From positions 295,915 to 359,914 of the forward strand of contig CAJINV010000010.1 in NCBI GenBank assembly GCA_905178155.1: 64,000 nucleotides of DNA, read 5' to 3'. A program made the position numbers and the translations under genes. This document shows, piece after piece, positions 1 to 11,720 of the stretch. Source of the stretch: Amoebophrya sp. A120 (Eukaryota; Protista; Dinoflagellata). The notes beneath the pieces are model-generated. The model saw only the letters and a list, made by a program, of their open reading frames with translations. It did no database searches and had not been told where the DNA came from. Each line of letters starts with the position of its first letter. The stretch's first letter is position 1.

Positions 1-871
1 AATCTAATTTTTTTGGAACCGTGTCTAATATGCTCTTTAATCTGCATCTAATTTGCAGAGAATCCCCAAACCCCCGGCCGAAAAATCGTTCCCGATTTCC
101 CTGTACAAAATTTCTGCGATTTTGTGCCGTGAAATCGGTAACGATTTTCGGCCGCTGCAAATTAGCCAGCCAATTAGCGCCTATTAGCAGCTACATTAGC
201 TGCAAATTAGGCGCAGATTAGCTGCAGATTAGGTGCAGATTAGAAGCGCCTAAAAAAGGTGCGTTTTCCAATTAGAATTTCAAATTAGAAAATTCCGGGA
301 GGTGTTCCCGGGGTTTTTGGTGGGTATGTCAAACATGGTCGACGCCATGTTTGAAATGCCCGCGCCCAGGACCATCTCCAGACGAAGAAGGAGGAAACCA
401 TAGGACGGGGCGCGAAACTCCCTACCGGGGCAAAGTCCGTCGGCCTGCAACGCCCGGCCCAAAAAACACACAGACGGAAGCCATGCCGGGAGGGTCACAG
501 GCCGAACGACAAACCAGAACACGCCCCAACCAACCGACCACGGCTTCCAGACCGAAGGGAGACGGGCCGCCGAAGCCAATGCCGCAAAGCGAAAGACACC
601 CCCGCCACGAAATCGGCAAAGCCACGAGGCCACGGGCCCGCATTCGAATAGCGGCGCGCCGAATGTGCCCCGTGCGCTTCGCAAGGAGATTCGGCACGCA
701 ACCAAGCCGACGCAAGGGGGCTGCGCACGCTCTCAAATTAGCCGGATTTTAGTTGATAATTAGACCCCGAAGGCGCCCGGGGCTGTCCGCCTGATGCGGC
801 CGCCCCGGGAGAAGCTTAAGGCCGTGAACACAGGCGCCCCCCCCCGTTGTTGTTTCAGCTAATGCGCGGAC

Positions 872-3800
872 TTGGTTGCGCTTTCGCTGGTTTCCCAGGA
901 TTTTCCACGAAAGTCCTGGGAAATTCAGGAAATCAGCACGACAGACGCCAGAAACGATATCGGGGAGGGGCTTCGTTTTTTCAGCGATTGCGGTACGGCT
1001 TCGACCGAAGTTTTGCAAAAGATCGAGGGGAACGGCAATTGTTGCCCTCTTTCGATTGCGGCGGCCACAGGCATCAGCATGCCGAAGGTGAAGCAGTTGG
1101 CGGAGGGTTTCATGGCGGACAAGCGCGAAGAGCTTGGCCCGTTTTGGGTGGGGGAGTACGGAGTGGACGAGCCGGCGGGCCCCGCGGTTTTAGCAGAGCA
1201 GAGCAAGTGGCTGGCCTGGTTGGAAAAACTTCTGCACCCGACGGCAACGGTATGGCTGGGCCACGCATTTTTGGAGGCGGTGGCGAAAGTCATGGACCCT
1301 ATGCGAAAAAATGAGCCCGCCCGCACCTAAAAGAGCCAAGCGGCACGCCGCGCGCTGTCGTTTTTGCGCGGGATGCGGCGCCCGTTTTGCGAAAATTTGC
1401 GACCCGTGCCTCTCTTGTCTCTGATGTGTAGCGGGCTGGTTTGCTTTTTCTTTTGCATAGTGTTGTCGATTCAGATCGAACCCGCCCCCGGTTCTCAAGA
1501 GCAGCCGCAGAGAATCGGAAGCGGCGCGAAGGCGATCCGACTCGAGTACGATGGCCGCCACTACAACGCTTTTGTCAGGCGCGGCGCTGAAGCGAAAGCG
1601 ACCGGGACTTCCTCTGCCAGCCCCGCGCCCCCCGAAACGAAGGCCGAAACGGTTTCGAAAACGCAAGAGGGCGAACCTGTGGCGGCTGGCTTGGCCTCTC
1701 GCAAACGTGCAGCGGAAGCAGATGCGCCCAGGCCGTCGGTTTCGAGCGATGTTAGCTTGGGCGACTCGAGCGAAAGCGATGGGGAGGCTGCTTCGGATGC
1801 AAGCGAGTGCGCGCCCCCCCCACGGAAGCGGGGGCGAAAGTCCAATGCCGGCAAAAATTTTTCTTTGCCCGATGGCGCGACTGAATTCTTGCTGCGGGCT
1901 GCTGACATTGGGGCGGCTTTCAAAACGTTGGGGCTTACCGCGCGGCAGCGGAAGTGGTGGAAAACAAAGAAAAACTTTTTCCGCTTAGCCCCGGGCACGG
2001 GCAAGCTGCAGGTCCGCGTAGAGTTCCAGGGCTACGGACGCAAAACCACCGAGGCGCTGATGGTGTATCCGGATTGGCTTACCGTCATCGGCGCCGACGA
2101 CGACGCGGAAAAACAGCGCATTGCGGCCCTTGGGCATTTGCGGTCGCATGGGGGAATTGAGGCAACTGGGGTGGCCATCCAACAGCTTGGCTTCACGTGG
2201 TGCGGCTTGAAAGAAAGCGCGCGGGTTGCGGTGCAAGCGTGCGAGGCTTGCGCGGCCAACGAAGAACATGCGCCACAGCAGCAGGATTCTTACGCAAGCA
2301 GCACTTTGGCGGCGCTCAAGGACCCCGCCAATGAGTCCCTTCGGCCTTTTGCCTGGGCGGGCGTCGACTGCATAGTTTGCACCCCCTGCGAAAACTCGGC
2401 GCACCGCGGAAAAAATGTCGGGACGCGCTTCGTCGGTTGTTTGAACATGTGCTGCCTCACGACTGGCGCCGTTTGTTCCAAACTGCTGACGAGCTTCGAG
2501 GCGGAAGAGGTCAAGCAAGCGTATCTGGACATGGTCGAGGAACACGGCGCGCCGGATCATTTGAACATTGACAAGGGCACAGAGCTGCAGCAGATAAAGA
2601 ACTGGAGCCAATGCACCTGCTTGACGCGCGACCATAAGTGCGCGACCTTCACCAACGACCCCCCGGTGGGCGCAGCCTTTCGCACGGATATCCGCGAAAG
2701 CCCTCGCGCGCATCCGCAGTCCAATGGTGCCGCGGAAAGTTCTACGAAACTGAAAAAGCCACTCGCCCCATATTTATAAAGGCCATTCGTGTTGCTGGGT
2801 ATGTGTTCGCGCGTGTTCTGCAACGGACTACAACCCGTGGCCACGCATCAGCAACGCATGCAAATTCCTTTTGCAATATGGGGCGGGGGGATTTTTCGGT
2901 GATAACCTACAATGGCCAGCTGAAGCAGCAATTGCGTAAAAGGGGCGGCGAAAAGGATTGGCCTCGCCATTTGCCTGCGTCTGTGGCGGCACTGAACCGA
3001 CGGGCGACGCGGGGCCGTCGGATTCCCGCTGCGAGGCATCTGAGCACGTTTCTACGCCCCTTGCGGGACATCACCGAAGCCACTCTGCATCCCGTGCAAC
3101 GTGCGCCCCCGCATATCGTTGCAGACAAGGGCGCCGCGGCAGAAAGCGCAAGCGCAGCCCCAGCCACCGCACTGGCTGGACCCCCGCCGCAGAATTCCGA
3201 GGAAAGGAAACACGGCGCCGGGGCCGCGGATGGCGAAAGTGATGGCGCTGCTGATTTTGCGGCCGCAACGTTGCGCGGCTCGCTGGCCAGACAGGCGCTA
3301 CGCAATCGCAGCCGCTTCTTTGAAAATCGTGAGGATGGGGGCAGGCTGAAGGACATCAAAAAACTGAAAATTGGGGAACGTGTTTTGTGCAGAAACAGAC
3401 AGAAAAGCCCCGGCTTGGCAACAAAATTCTTGGGGCCTTTCGTCGTTACGCAGGTGAAAGCGCTCGGGGTGGATGCTCACAGCGACGGAGTCCTCGCCGG
3501 CAAGAAACGCGAAACGACGCTGCGCGATGTTCCTTGGAAGGACCTCAAGCGGTGCCCCACGGGCCTCACTCAAGTCGCAGCGCCGCCTGCGCCTCCACCC
3601 GAAACGGCGCCGCCTGCCGCGCCGAATCACGCCCCGCCACGAGCCCAACAAGAAACGGCGTCGGCTGCTGGGCCACCGCCTCCAGCTGCGGGCGACGATC
3701 TTTCCGCGATCGCCGCCGTCGACCCCGCAATGGATCGCGTTTTTGGCTCGGGCTCGCTTCCGCTATTAAGCTCTGCAACACTCGTGCTGGCGCGCATGTG

Positions 3801-4332
3801 GTTGCGCCTTTTTCTCGGTGTCGTTTTTTCTCTTTATGCGCCCAGAAGCATGCTGACCTCTAGTTTTTCTTTGTTGTTTGGCTGCTTGCGTAATTACATT
3901 GCGCCAGTGCGTTTTTGCAGTGCATAAAGGCAAACGAAAGCCTACGTCGACGTCGCCGAGCTGGAAACTGCCGGCCCGAAACAAGTTCCCACGAACATCC
4001 GGGGTTCGGTCACCCGTGTCGAGGGGGCGACGCGCGGAATTCGGATCCGCATTGAGGGCGTTACTGGTGTCAGCATCGTTTGGCGAATTTATGAGGCTGC
4101 ACAAATGGCGCGGCGGCGTGCTCAGCGGTGCCCTTGCGTCGTTTTCATTCCTTTGGCGCTCACGAGAAATTTTCAAGGCGGCCAGTTTCTGCGCATGCCG
4201 GCAACGTGGCGCACGACTGCGATCGAGGCGCGCGCCCCGCCGGAGCTTCAGGAACTGCACCGCATGGCCTCCACGTCCTCCGCCTCGGAGGGGCGCCGGT
4301 CTCTGTCTGCGTTCAAGAATCCCGAGCCCTGA
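872..4332 (+). CDS. Spliced OTU-domain + Gypsy/Ginger-like DDE integrase (putative transposase); 4 readable exons, 5' end not resolved
   Basis: ORFs 872-1330, 1364-2779, 2638-3927 and the open frame 3928-4332 join in frame when the inverted-repeat inserts 1300-1459, 2743-2904 and 3767-3926 are each removed with 5 extra nt (165, 167, 165 nt). OTU motifs: IEGNGNCCPLSIA, WLGHAFLEAVA, IRLEYDGRHYNA. Integrase motifs: H2C2 (GHLRSHGG..FTW..CEAC), RPFAWAGVD, LNIDKGTE, HPQSNGAAE/NGQLK, DWPRHLP, KIGERVL..KFLGPFVV. No RT/RNaseH seen. Confidence 0.8.
1300..1459. mobile_element. Degenerate IR intron 1 of the integrase gene
   Basis: TATGCGAAAAAA..AGCCCGC / GCGGGCT..TTTTGCATA; direct repeat decayed; removal with 5 nt joins the OTU motifs in frame. 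Confidence 0.7.
2743..2904. mobile_element. Degenerate IR intron 2 of the integrase gene (family H-like)
   Basis: GAAAAAGCCACTCGCCCCATATT / AATATGGGGCGGGGGGATTTTTC..GATA; removing 167 nt joins SNGAAE to (Y)NGQLKQQL. Confidence 0.75.
3767..3926. mobile_element. Degenerate IR intron 3 of the integrase gene (family A-like)
   Basis: TAAGCTCTGCAACAC..CTGGCGC / GCGCCAG..TTTTTGCAGTGCATA; removing 165 nt extends the frame to the stop at 4332. Confidence 0.65.
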
Positions 4333-5469
4333 AGAGGGGGAACGAGAAAAGGGGCGCGGCGTCGCTTTTCCGTCCTTGCTTAGCTTCTTGGGCTGTTATT
4401 GCTTGTGCTAGTAGATGCGTCGCGTTCTTCTTACTCGTTTTGTTTTGTTTCGAATGTGTGACTTCTCGCGGAAAACCACATGTGTTATGCTACTTTTATC
4501 AGTCGCTCTTCTCGTCTTTTCTCGTATCTCTTCTTGTGTCGGGTTTGCACTGTTATCAGCTATAATTATTCCCACTAGGAGCGCAGCGCACCGCGCGAGT
4601 TGATTTGAAGCTGTCGCTTCGACCAACGCGCTCTGTTGCTGCACTCCACTTGTACACTATGCGCTTCTTCTTGAATTTTGCGTGCTATTTTTGCACTATT
4701 CTGCTGTCTTCTGTTTCTGCAAACTGTTTCCATTTCCGTACGAAGTACAGCGCGCCCCGCATGTTGATTGACGGCTAGCGCTTTCACCAACTTGCCCCGA
4801 CGCTGCACTTCGCCTGCGAGTTTTCCTTTGCTCGTTTTGTTCTCATACAAAACCTGCACTGCTAATTTGATACGTCCCTGCGTTTTGTGTTTGTGCAAGT
4901 TAAGTTTTGTAGGCTTTATTTGTCAATGTGGAACTCGTTCTGTGTATTTTTGTTTTCCCTATGTTAGCTTTGGCTTTCTCGTTTTCATTCCCTGCATCTT
5001 CACAATCTAAAGAGCGACTTTTTTTTGATCGCGTTCGTCAGTGCGCCAATTTTGTTACAGCAGCTGCAGCTAAGTTAATAGAAGTGGATCGCGCTCGCTT
5101 TCCTGTCGCTACTTTGCTGAATTTTTTTTCCGCTTCCTCGCATTATTCTACTTCGCAGCGCAGCTATATCACAGAAGCGGCAAGCTGAGCTGCTTTGTCT
5201 TTTGAAACTGAATTGCATCGATCTCTACAAAAACACTTGATGCGTTTTGCAATTCATTTTTGGGAAAATATGTTGCAAGGGTTGCTTTTTTGCTTTTGTC
5301 GAATTTGGCTCGCCTGGTGTTCGCTTTCGCTTTTCGGTGCTGCGTAATACGATACGCTGCAAGCTTCGCTGGGTACTCGATACGTATTCTGTTACAATTC
5401 ATCCTATACGACAATTCATCTGGGTGCATGCATGATTGCGATACGAGTACGATACTTTTGCACAGGATA

Positions 5470-8400
5470 TGCGGAAAAAGGGAAGAAACGGCTGCCAGTG
5501 GGAATCGTCTTCAACATCATGATGATCGTGAAGATCCGAGAAGTCCTTACTAGTATCGTCATGGACGGGGGACCGGTGGTGGCAAGGTGTAGAAGTCGTC
5601 GCCGTCGCGCTGTCGTCTCGTCCACTTCCAATTGTATGAAGATCCCCGTGGCCGTGGTCCATATCGAAGATATCAACGTCCTCCTCGTACTCATTGTATT
5701 CGGCCCTACTCCACAATTGCAACACGCGCTCCAGTATCCTCTGCAAAAGTATCGTAGTCGTTCGTAGAAATTGCTGTTTATGCATGACAAATCTTTTTCC
5801 TAAGGTAAAACAGCATTACAAATTTCATTTGTAATGCTGAGCTAATTTGTAATGCAATTTATACGAATACGATGCTTTTGCAGTGCATATCCAACTCTTT
5901 CCGACTCGGAATGTCCGCGAATCCGGCGCGGAGCCGGGTCACGCTAGGACTTGGATGGTGGTCGAAATATGTTTCCCAACTGATTTATTCACTGCAAAAG
6001 GAGTTGCGTTAATCTTAATATGGTCCGGCTTCTATCTTATACAACTCAGGCCGCACTACATCCTGCCTTCGTCAAATACGACATGCAACTTTTATTTCAA
6101 GTCGTTGCAATGAAGCAATTATGCAAGGTGATGAACCCGTCGCGGTTGATAGATGCAAGTCCGAAAAACGATACAGATACTCAATACTTTTGCAAATTGA
6201 ATAAGATCACCACACTGTCCACCGTCAACGGCGTATTCTTGTGCACGTTATCCACTAGCTGAAGCAAATTTTCGTATACAGTCGGGTTCTCCTCGGGATC
6301 GATGTGCAAACCGAGTTGAGAAATGACGGCCGCTGGGGGTCCGAGCATGGAACAACTCAGAAATTCCTGTTTCTGTTTTTTGGTCAGTCGAAATTCTTCC
6401 ATCAAGTGCTTTTTGAGGAGCTCGAACAGGATCAACTCCTTCAATTCCGAGACCGTTTTGCCGTTCCAGACGCTAGGGTGGAGAGAAAGAAGCTCGTCAC
6501 CTGACAGATTGAAAACTAAAAGGTTGGGCGGATGAAGGCGCGTCGTCCCCGTGGCTGAAGATGATTTTTTACCAATTTTCGAATTTGTTGGTCTTGGTGC
6601 TGCTGAAGCAGGACTGGAGCTATAAATGTGATTGGGCCGCTCCCTGTAGTCCTTCTGATGTGCTGTCGTATATGTGACTAGTTGTTGATGTACTCCCTCA
6701 GGATCTCGGCGAAGAGACCCCTGCTCCACCGTCAGGCCAACATTCTTTCCGTCATGATCCTCCTGCTTTCCATGTAGGTGTCCAGCAGCATCTTCGTCTT
6801 CATCTTCCACATCTTCAGCCGCGAGGACCACTCCTGGTAGTGATCGCTCTGTTCTTTTGGTCCCCGGAGCAGGCGGTGGTGGGCTTCCAACAACTACTGC
6901 GGCAGCAACGTGTACTAGCAGCTGCAGGTTGCTCAGCACGACCTCCTGGTGGAGGACGTCGAAAAGAAAGCACACCTCCAGCAGCGGCAGCACTAATGGT
7001 AAGAGGCTCAGCTGCTTTCTTGACGCCATTTTTATCTTCATCAAGGAGTCATGTGCTTTATTGTTGTTCATGTTCTCCCTGCTGCTCACGACCGGCGGGG
7101 TGGACGACTTGTTCTTGGCATGGTACGGAATAGGTGCAGCACCATCGTGATTTGTGTTTTTTCTCTACTTGAGCAAGAACTGCAGCAACAACAGACACCA
7201 CTCAACTACTCAACTTCCACAAAAGGAGACACATAACACACATCAGAGGGGGTTTGTTGGTCTCCGGTCCTCGGTCCTCAGTTCATCCCAAGGCAATAGA
7301 AGACAACGAGAGAAGAAGGGGGAAAGCTCACACACACCAAGGGGGGTTTGTTGGTCTCCGGTCCTACCTCGGTCCTCAGTCCTTCCCAAGGTAATAGAAG
7401 ACAACGAGAGAAGAAAGAAGAAAGCTCACACACATCAAGAAAGGGGGTTTGTTGGTCTCCGGTCCTCGGTCCTCAGTCCATCCCGATGTAATAGAAGACA
7501 GCGAGAGGAGAAAGGAGAAAGCTCACACACATCAAGAAAGGGCTTTTGTTGGTCTCCGGTCCTCGGTCCTCAGTCCATCCCGATGCAATAGAAGACAGCG
7601 AGAGAAGAAGGGAGAAAGCGCACACATAAGAGGGGGTCTGTTGGTCTCCGGTCCTCGGTCCTCAGTCCATCCCAAGGCAATAGAAAGCCGACGAGAGAAG
7701 AAGGGAGAAAGCTCACACACATCAGAGGGAGTCTGTTGGTCTCCGGTCCTCGGTCCTCTGTCCTTCGCAGGGTAGTAGTTGGCGAGATAAGAAGGTAGAA
7801 AGCCCACACACATCACAGGGGGCCTGCTGGTCTCCGGTCCTCGGTCCCCGGTCCATCGCAAGGCAGTAGATGGCGAGGCAAGAAGGTAGACAGAAGGCCA
7901 ACACACAGCAAAGGGAGGTTGTTGGTCTCCGGCCCTCGGTCCATCACCGGGCAAGATCCGACGGGGAAAGAAGGTAGAAAGCCCCCACACAAAAAAAAGG
8001 GGGCCAATTGGTCCACGGCCCCCCCTCAGTCCATCGCGGGGCAGCAGCTGGCGAGATAAGAAAGAGGGCAGAAAGAGCACACAAATGCGCGCGGGGTGTT
8101 GGTCTCCGGCACTCGGTCTGCAGTTCATCGCGGGGCGGCGCCTGGCGAGACAGATAAGAAGGCAGAAAGCCCCCAAGCAGGGGCCTGCTGCTTTCCGGTC
8201 CTCGGTCCCGAGTGAGTCTGTAGAGCGATCAGACCCGGCGAGCGTGATTGCTAGCATGGTACAAAGGCCAGGCATTTACGACGGAGCCTGTTCGTCTCCG
8301 GCTCTCGGTCCTCCGTCCCTCATGGGGCGGCGCACCACTTAGAGAAAAAGGTCGAAGGCCTACGGACATCGGCGGAGGCGTGCGGGTCTCTGGTCCTCGG

Positions 8401-11400
8401 CCCTCCGTGCCTCCCGAGGTTGGTTGGTAATGTCTGAGTTGGCGCAAACAATACGCGTCGCGCTAGGCAGCAGGGGCGGCGGCCGGCCCGATTGCTTTCG
8501 TTCGGCCTGATGAGCGGGGGGAGCGGCGGCCGCTCCCCCCGCACAGGCCCCGCCCCCGGACTTTGTTTGTTCCAGCGGCCGCGGCCGTGACGCACATGAA
8601 TGACGTCGCGGAGGGAGCCCGGGCGCAACAGGAGGCGACCGAGCGCCGCCATTTTTCCTCGCCTGGCGGGCGCGCCCGTACATACTAAAGGAACAGGCGG
8701 CGAACTGAAGCGCCGCGGCGCCCCGGCCCCCGTTGCTTTTGATCACACAACCGGCAACCGAGCGACACGACGGACGTGAGCCGGCGCGCGCTCACATACA
8801 GCGCCAGGGCCATACGGCTTTCATTGATTCGCCTGGCTCTGAAGGCGAAGAGGTTCACTGCGCGGGAACAAAGATAGCGACGCACAGCGCGCGCCCGGCC
8901 TCGCTTGCGATCTGCCAGGCTGTGAACCACGCGCGCGCGCTGTTGTTCTTTGCGCCCCCCTGCATTTCAACACGAAACGCGCCACCTGGCAGATTGGTGG
9001 CCGCCCACCGAAATCACTAGCCGCCTGCGCCGCCTTCGTCATCGCCGGAACTTCGAGGCGACGGGCCGGAGCTCCGGGGGCTGCTGTCCGTCGTTGTCGC
9101 TGGGAGAAGGGTCCGAGGCAGTATCTGCGCCGGCCCCTTCGGCTTCCACCCCCGGCCGGTTGGCTTCGGGCTGTCCGATTACGGGCGAAAGGAAAAAAAT
9201 CCAGCCGGTTTGTCAGCCTTCAGCATACATTTCTGTACCGCCCAGCAGGTATCCGCCCCAATCAAATGAAAACGACCCGCGTGGCCTTCGTTTTTTTTTT
9301 CCGCGGCTCGCCTTTCAGTTGCTTGTCGGCCGCGACCTGGTCTGAAAGATCAGGAAGAGCACGCGGGTCGGGACTTGGAACATTTCAAAGTGGCGGGACC
9401 ATCTTGATCCATTACGGGCATGAAGCTGATCGCACTAATCAGAATCGCGCCGGCCCATGTGCTTTTTTTTTGCTGGGCCGCGCCTTGCGGAGACGGCCCT
9501 ACTCAAAGCCTAAAAAATTTACGGTCTTCGCCATTTCCGGCGCAGGCTTTCGCTTCTGGCTGCGCCCCCTTTTCATCTTCGCTGCCGTCTGTTGTGTTGC
9601 GGCCGCCCACCCATGGCATTTCCGGAGATTGGGAGAAAGCCGTCGCGGCGTCGCCCTTGTGTGCGAGACCTTTGCCGCGCTCTAATTCGGGGGCGCTTTC
9701 ACGCTCTTGCGTTTTGGGCTTGCGTTTGTGTCTTGCTTTTTGTTCCTATTTTTTGTTCTTCTTTTTTGCTGTTATTTTTTTGTCTTACTTTTTCGCCCTA
9801 CTTTTTTGGGTTCCTTTTGTGTCCTACTTTGTTTGCAGTTTTCTTTTCTTGCTTTAGAGGCCGCGCGATTAATGGGCCTCCTTTTCAATAACAAAAAGGA
9901 GGGGGGTAGGTGCGGTCGGTCGTCTGGCGGGCCGTATCCACAGATGGCCGGGCCCATCCGGACCCGACCAGTATTCCCTTTTCGGACTTCAAAAATCTAA
10001 GGCCACACCCTCCCCGCCCCGGCGAAAAAAAAATCTGTTTTGCTTGCTGCGGTTTCTCGGCTGGTTTGTTGCGCGGTTTCTGCGGTGTAGCTGGAACAGA
10101 ATGAAACAGAACGAAAGATATTTCTTGGGCGCGCGCGGCGCGCGCGTGGATCGGCATACGGACGCAACAACAGAAAACGCTTCAAGCGGGCGATGCGCGC
10201 GCGCAAACTGAAAAAAAGCTCGCGGCGCGCGCTGGTGCGCGCGCGCAGCGGAGAACATGCAGCGGAACACGTGCCGCCCCAATGGTCGAAGTGGCCGCCT
10301 CAGCTTTTGCAAATGCGGGCGGTGCTGCGGTGGTCGCTTTAACAACCCGAGGGCGGCTGCGCAGTGCTGCGCTACAAGTAGCTGCCCCCTGGTGGTCCAT
10401 TTCTGATATGGCCTCTGAGTAGGCCCCTAAGCAATCCTTTAGCAATGCCTTTAATTCTGCCTTCTGATTCCGCCTCTGGAATTCTTCTAATTCTTTTGCC
10501 CACGCGGCAGCTTCGAGGCTTCCAAAAATCCGCTAAAGCTGCCGGGTAGGCGAAATCACGCACGAAGTCGCAGCTTCGCGACTTTAGAAGATGAAAGAGA
10601 AGCACTTCGGACGGCAAAACCGGAAACGGAACCGGAAGGATCTTCCGGTGAGCCGGAAGATTCCTCCGCTTGCTTCGGCTTCACGGGACCACGTAAGATC
10701 CGGCAGCTGTAGATATCTGCCTGCGGCCTGCGGGAGATGATGCGCATGCTCGAGAGCAACGAGCATCATCTTCCGCGAAACAACAAGCAAACGCCTGCCC
10801 TCATATTTCCGCCCGCACTGCGAAACGCCCAGCAAGGTGGTATCTGCCTGGTGCCTCTACCTTCTATCTTGCCCCGCCATATATTGCTAGCCTCGAGATG
10901 AACGGAGGCCCGGGGACCGAAGGGCAACAACCTCCTGCGCATGTGTCTGGTGCTTCTACCTCCTTGTCTCTTCACGTATTACCTCGCGAGGATCTGAGGA
11001 CCGAGGACCGGGACCAGCAGCCTCCTTCTTATGTGTCTGGTGTTTCTACCTTCTTATCTCGTCAGATATTGCCTCGCGATGAACTGAGGACCGAGGACCG
11101 GAGGCCAACCGCCTCCTTCTTATGTCTCTGGTGCTTCTCCCTTCTTATCTCCTCATATACTGCCTCGGAATGGAGTGAGGACCGAGGACCGGAGACCACC
11201 AACCTCCTTCTTATGTGTCTGGTGCTTGCTTCTCCCTTCTTATCTCCTCACATTCTGCCTCGTAATGGAGTGAGGACCGAGGACCGGAGACCAACAACAT
11301 CCTTCTTATGTGTCTGGTGCTTCTCCCTCCTTCTCTCCTCATATACTGCCTCGTGATGGAGTGAGGACCGAGGACCGGAGACCAACAACCTCCTTCTTAT

Positions 11401-11720
11401 GTGTCTGGCGCTTCTCCCTTCTTATCTCCTCACATATTGCCTCGCGATGGACTGAGGACCGAGGACCGGAGACCAACAGCCTCCTCGTTATGTGTGTCAA
11501 GTGTCTACCACTTTATGTAGTGCGTTACTTTAAATGAGCTTCCTTTAAGATCTTCTGTTGGTATTTTTTCAATTCCTTTTAGAGCAAAAACACGAAACAC
11601 GATGGAACTGCACCTATTCCGTACCATGCCTTGTTCTTGCTCGATGGCGTCATTTTTGTCTTCCGCGTTCTGTTGACCTTGATGACGTGGTCGTTGCGCG
11701 GCACGGGAGATAGAAGTAGT
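5470..11720 (-). CDS. Multi-exon hypothetical protein, interrupted by the foldback element; continues beyond the left edge
   Basis: 302-codon ORF 6181-7089. Frame KTKMTPSSKN|KSSTPPVVSSREN is continuous across the 7117-11630 insertion. Exons ~5890-5950 and 5470-5734 join as RKELE|RVLQLW across element 5735-5889. No recognisable domain. Confidence 0.5.
5735..5889. mobile_element. Introner family A
   Basis: TATCCTCTGCAAAAGTATCG..CTTTTGCAGTGCATA; flanks TCCAG/TCCAA. Confidence 0.85.
7235..8410 (+). repeat. Left subterminal tandem array (~90-100 bp unit), decaying inward
   Basis: Recurring core TTGGTCTCCGGTCCTCGGTCCTCAGTCCATC. Confidence 0.9.
10895..11500 (-). repeat. Right subterminal tandem array (~90 bp unit), inverted relative to the left array
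   Basis: Recurring GAGGACCGAGGACCGGAGACCAAC. Confidence 0.9.

Larger units (their letters stand above)
1..5469. mobile_element. Oversized introner-like element, open at the left edge, carrying the OTU-integrase gene
   Basis: Family-A TIR (..TACGAGTACGATACTTTTGCACAGGATA) ends at 5469 directly against an open minus-strand exon; I find no partner TIR in 1-5420. Confidence 0.5.
7117..11630. mobile_element. 4.5-kb foldback-type DNA transposon
   Basis: TIR GGCATGGTACGGAATAGGTGCAG / CTGCACCTATTCCGTACCATGCC; TSD TTGTTCTT (8 bp, or CTTGTTCTTG 10 bp in the alternative register); inverted subterminal tandem arrays. Confidence 0.9.

Noticed and set aside
2638-2779. Programmed ribosomal frameshift between overlapping ORFs
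   Set aside because: The conserved NGAAE-NGQLK junction requires deleting 167 nt, not slipping.
1364-3927. Gypsy LTR retrotransposon or frameshifted integrase pseudogene
   Set aside because: No gag, RT, RNaseH or LTR is visible in the window, and the apparent frameshift coincides exactly with an inverted-repeat intron.
7235-8410. Regularly spaced repeats resembling a CRISPR array
   Set aside because: The spacers are themselves homologous, the array is mirrored at 10.9-11.5 kb inside TIRs, the context is eukaryotic and no cas genes are seen.
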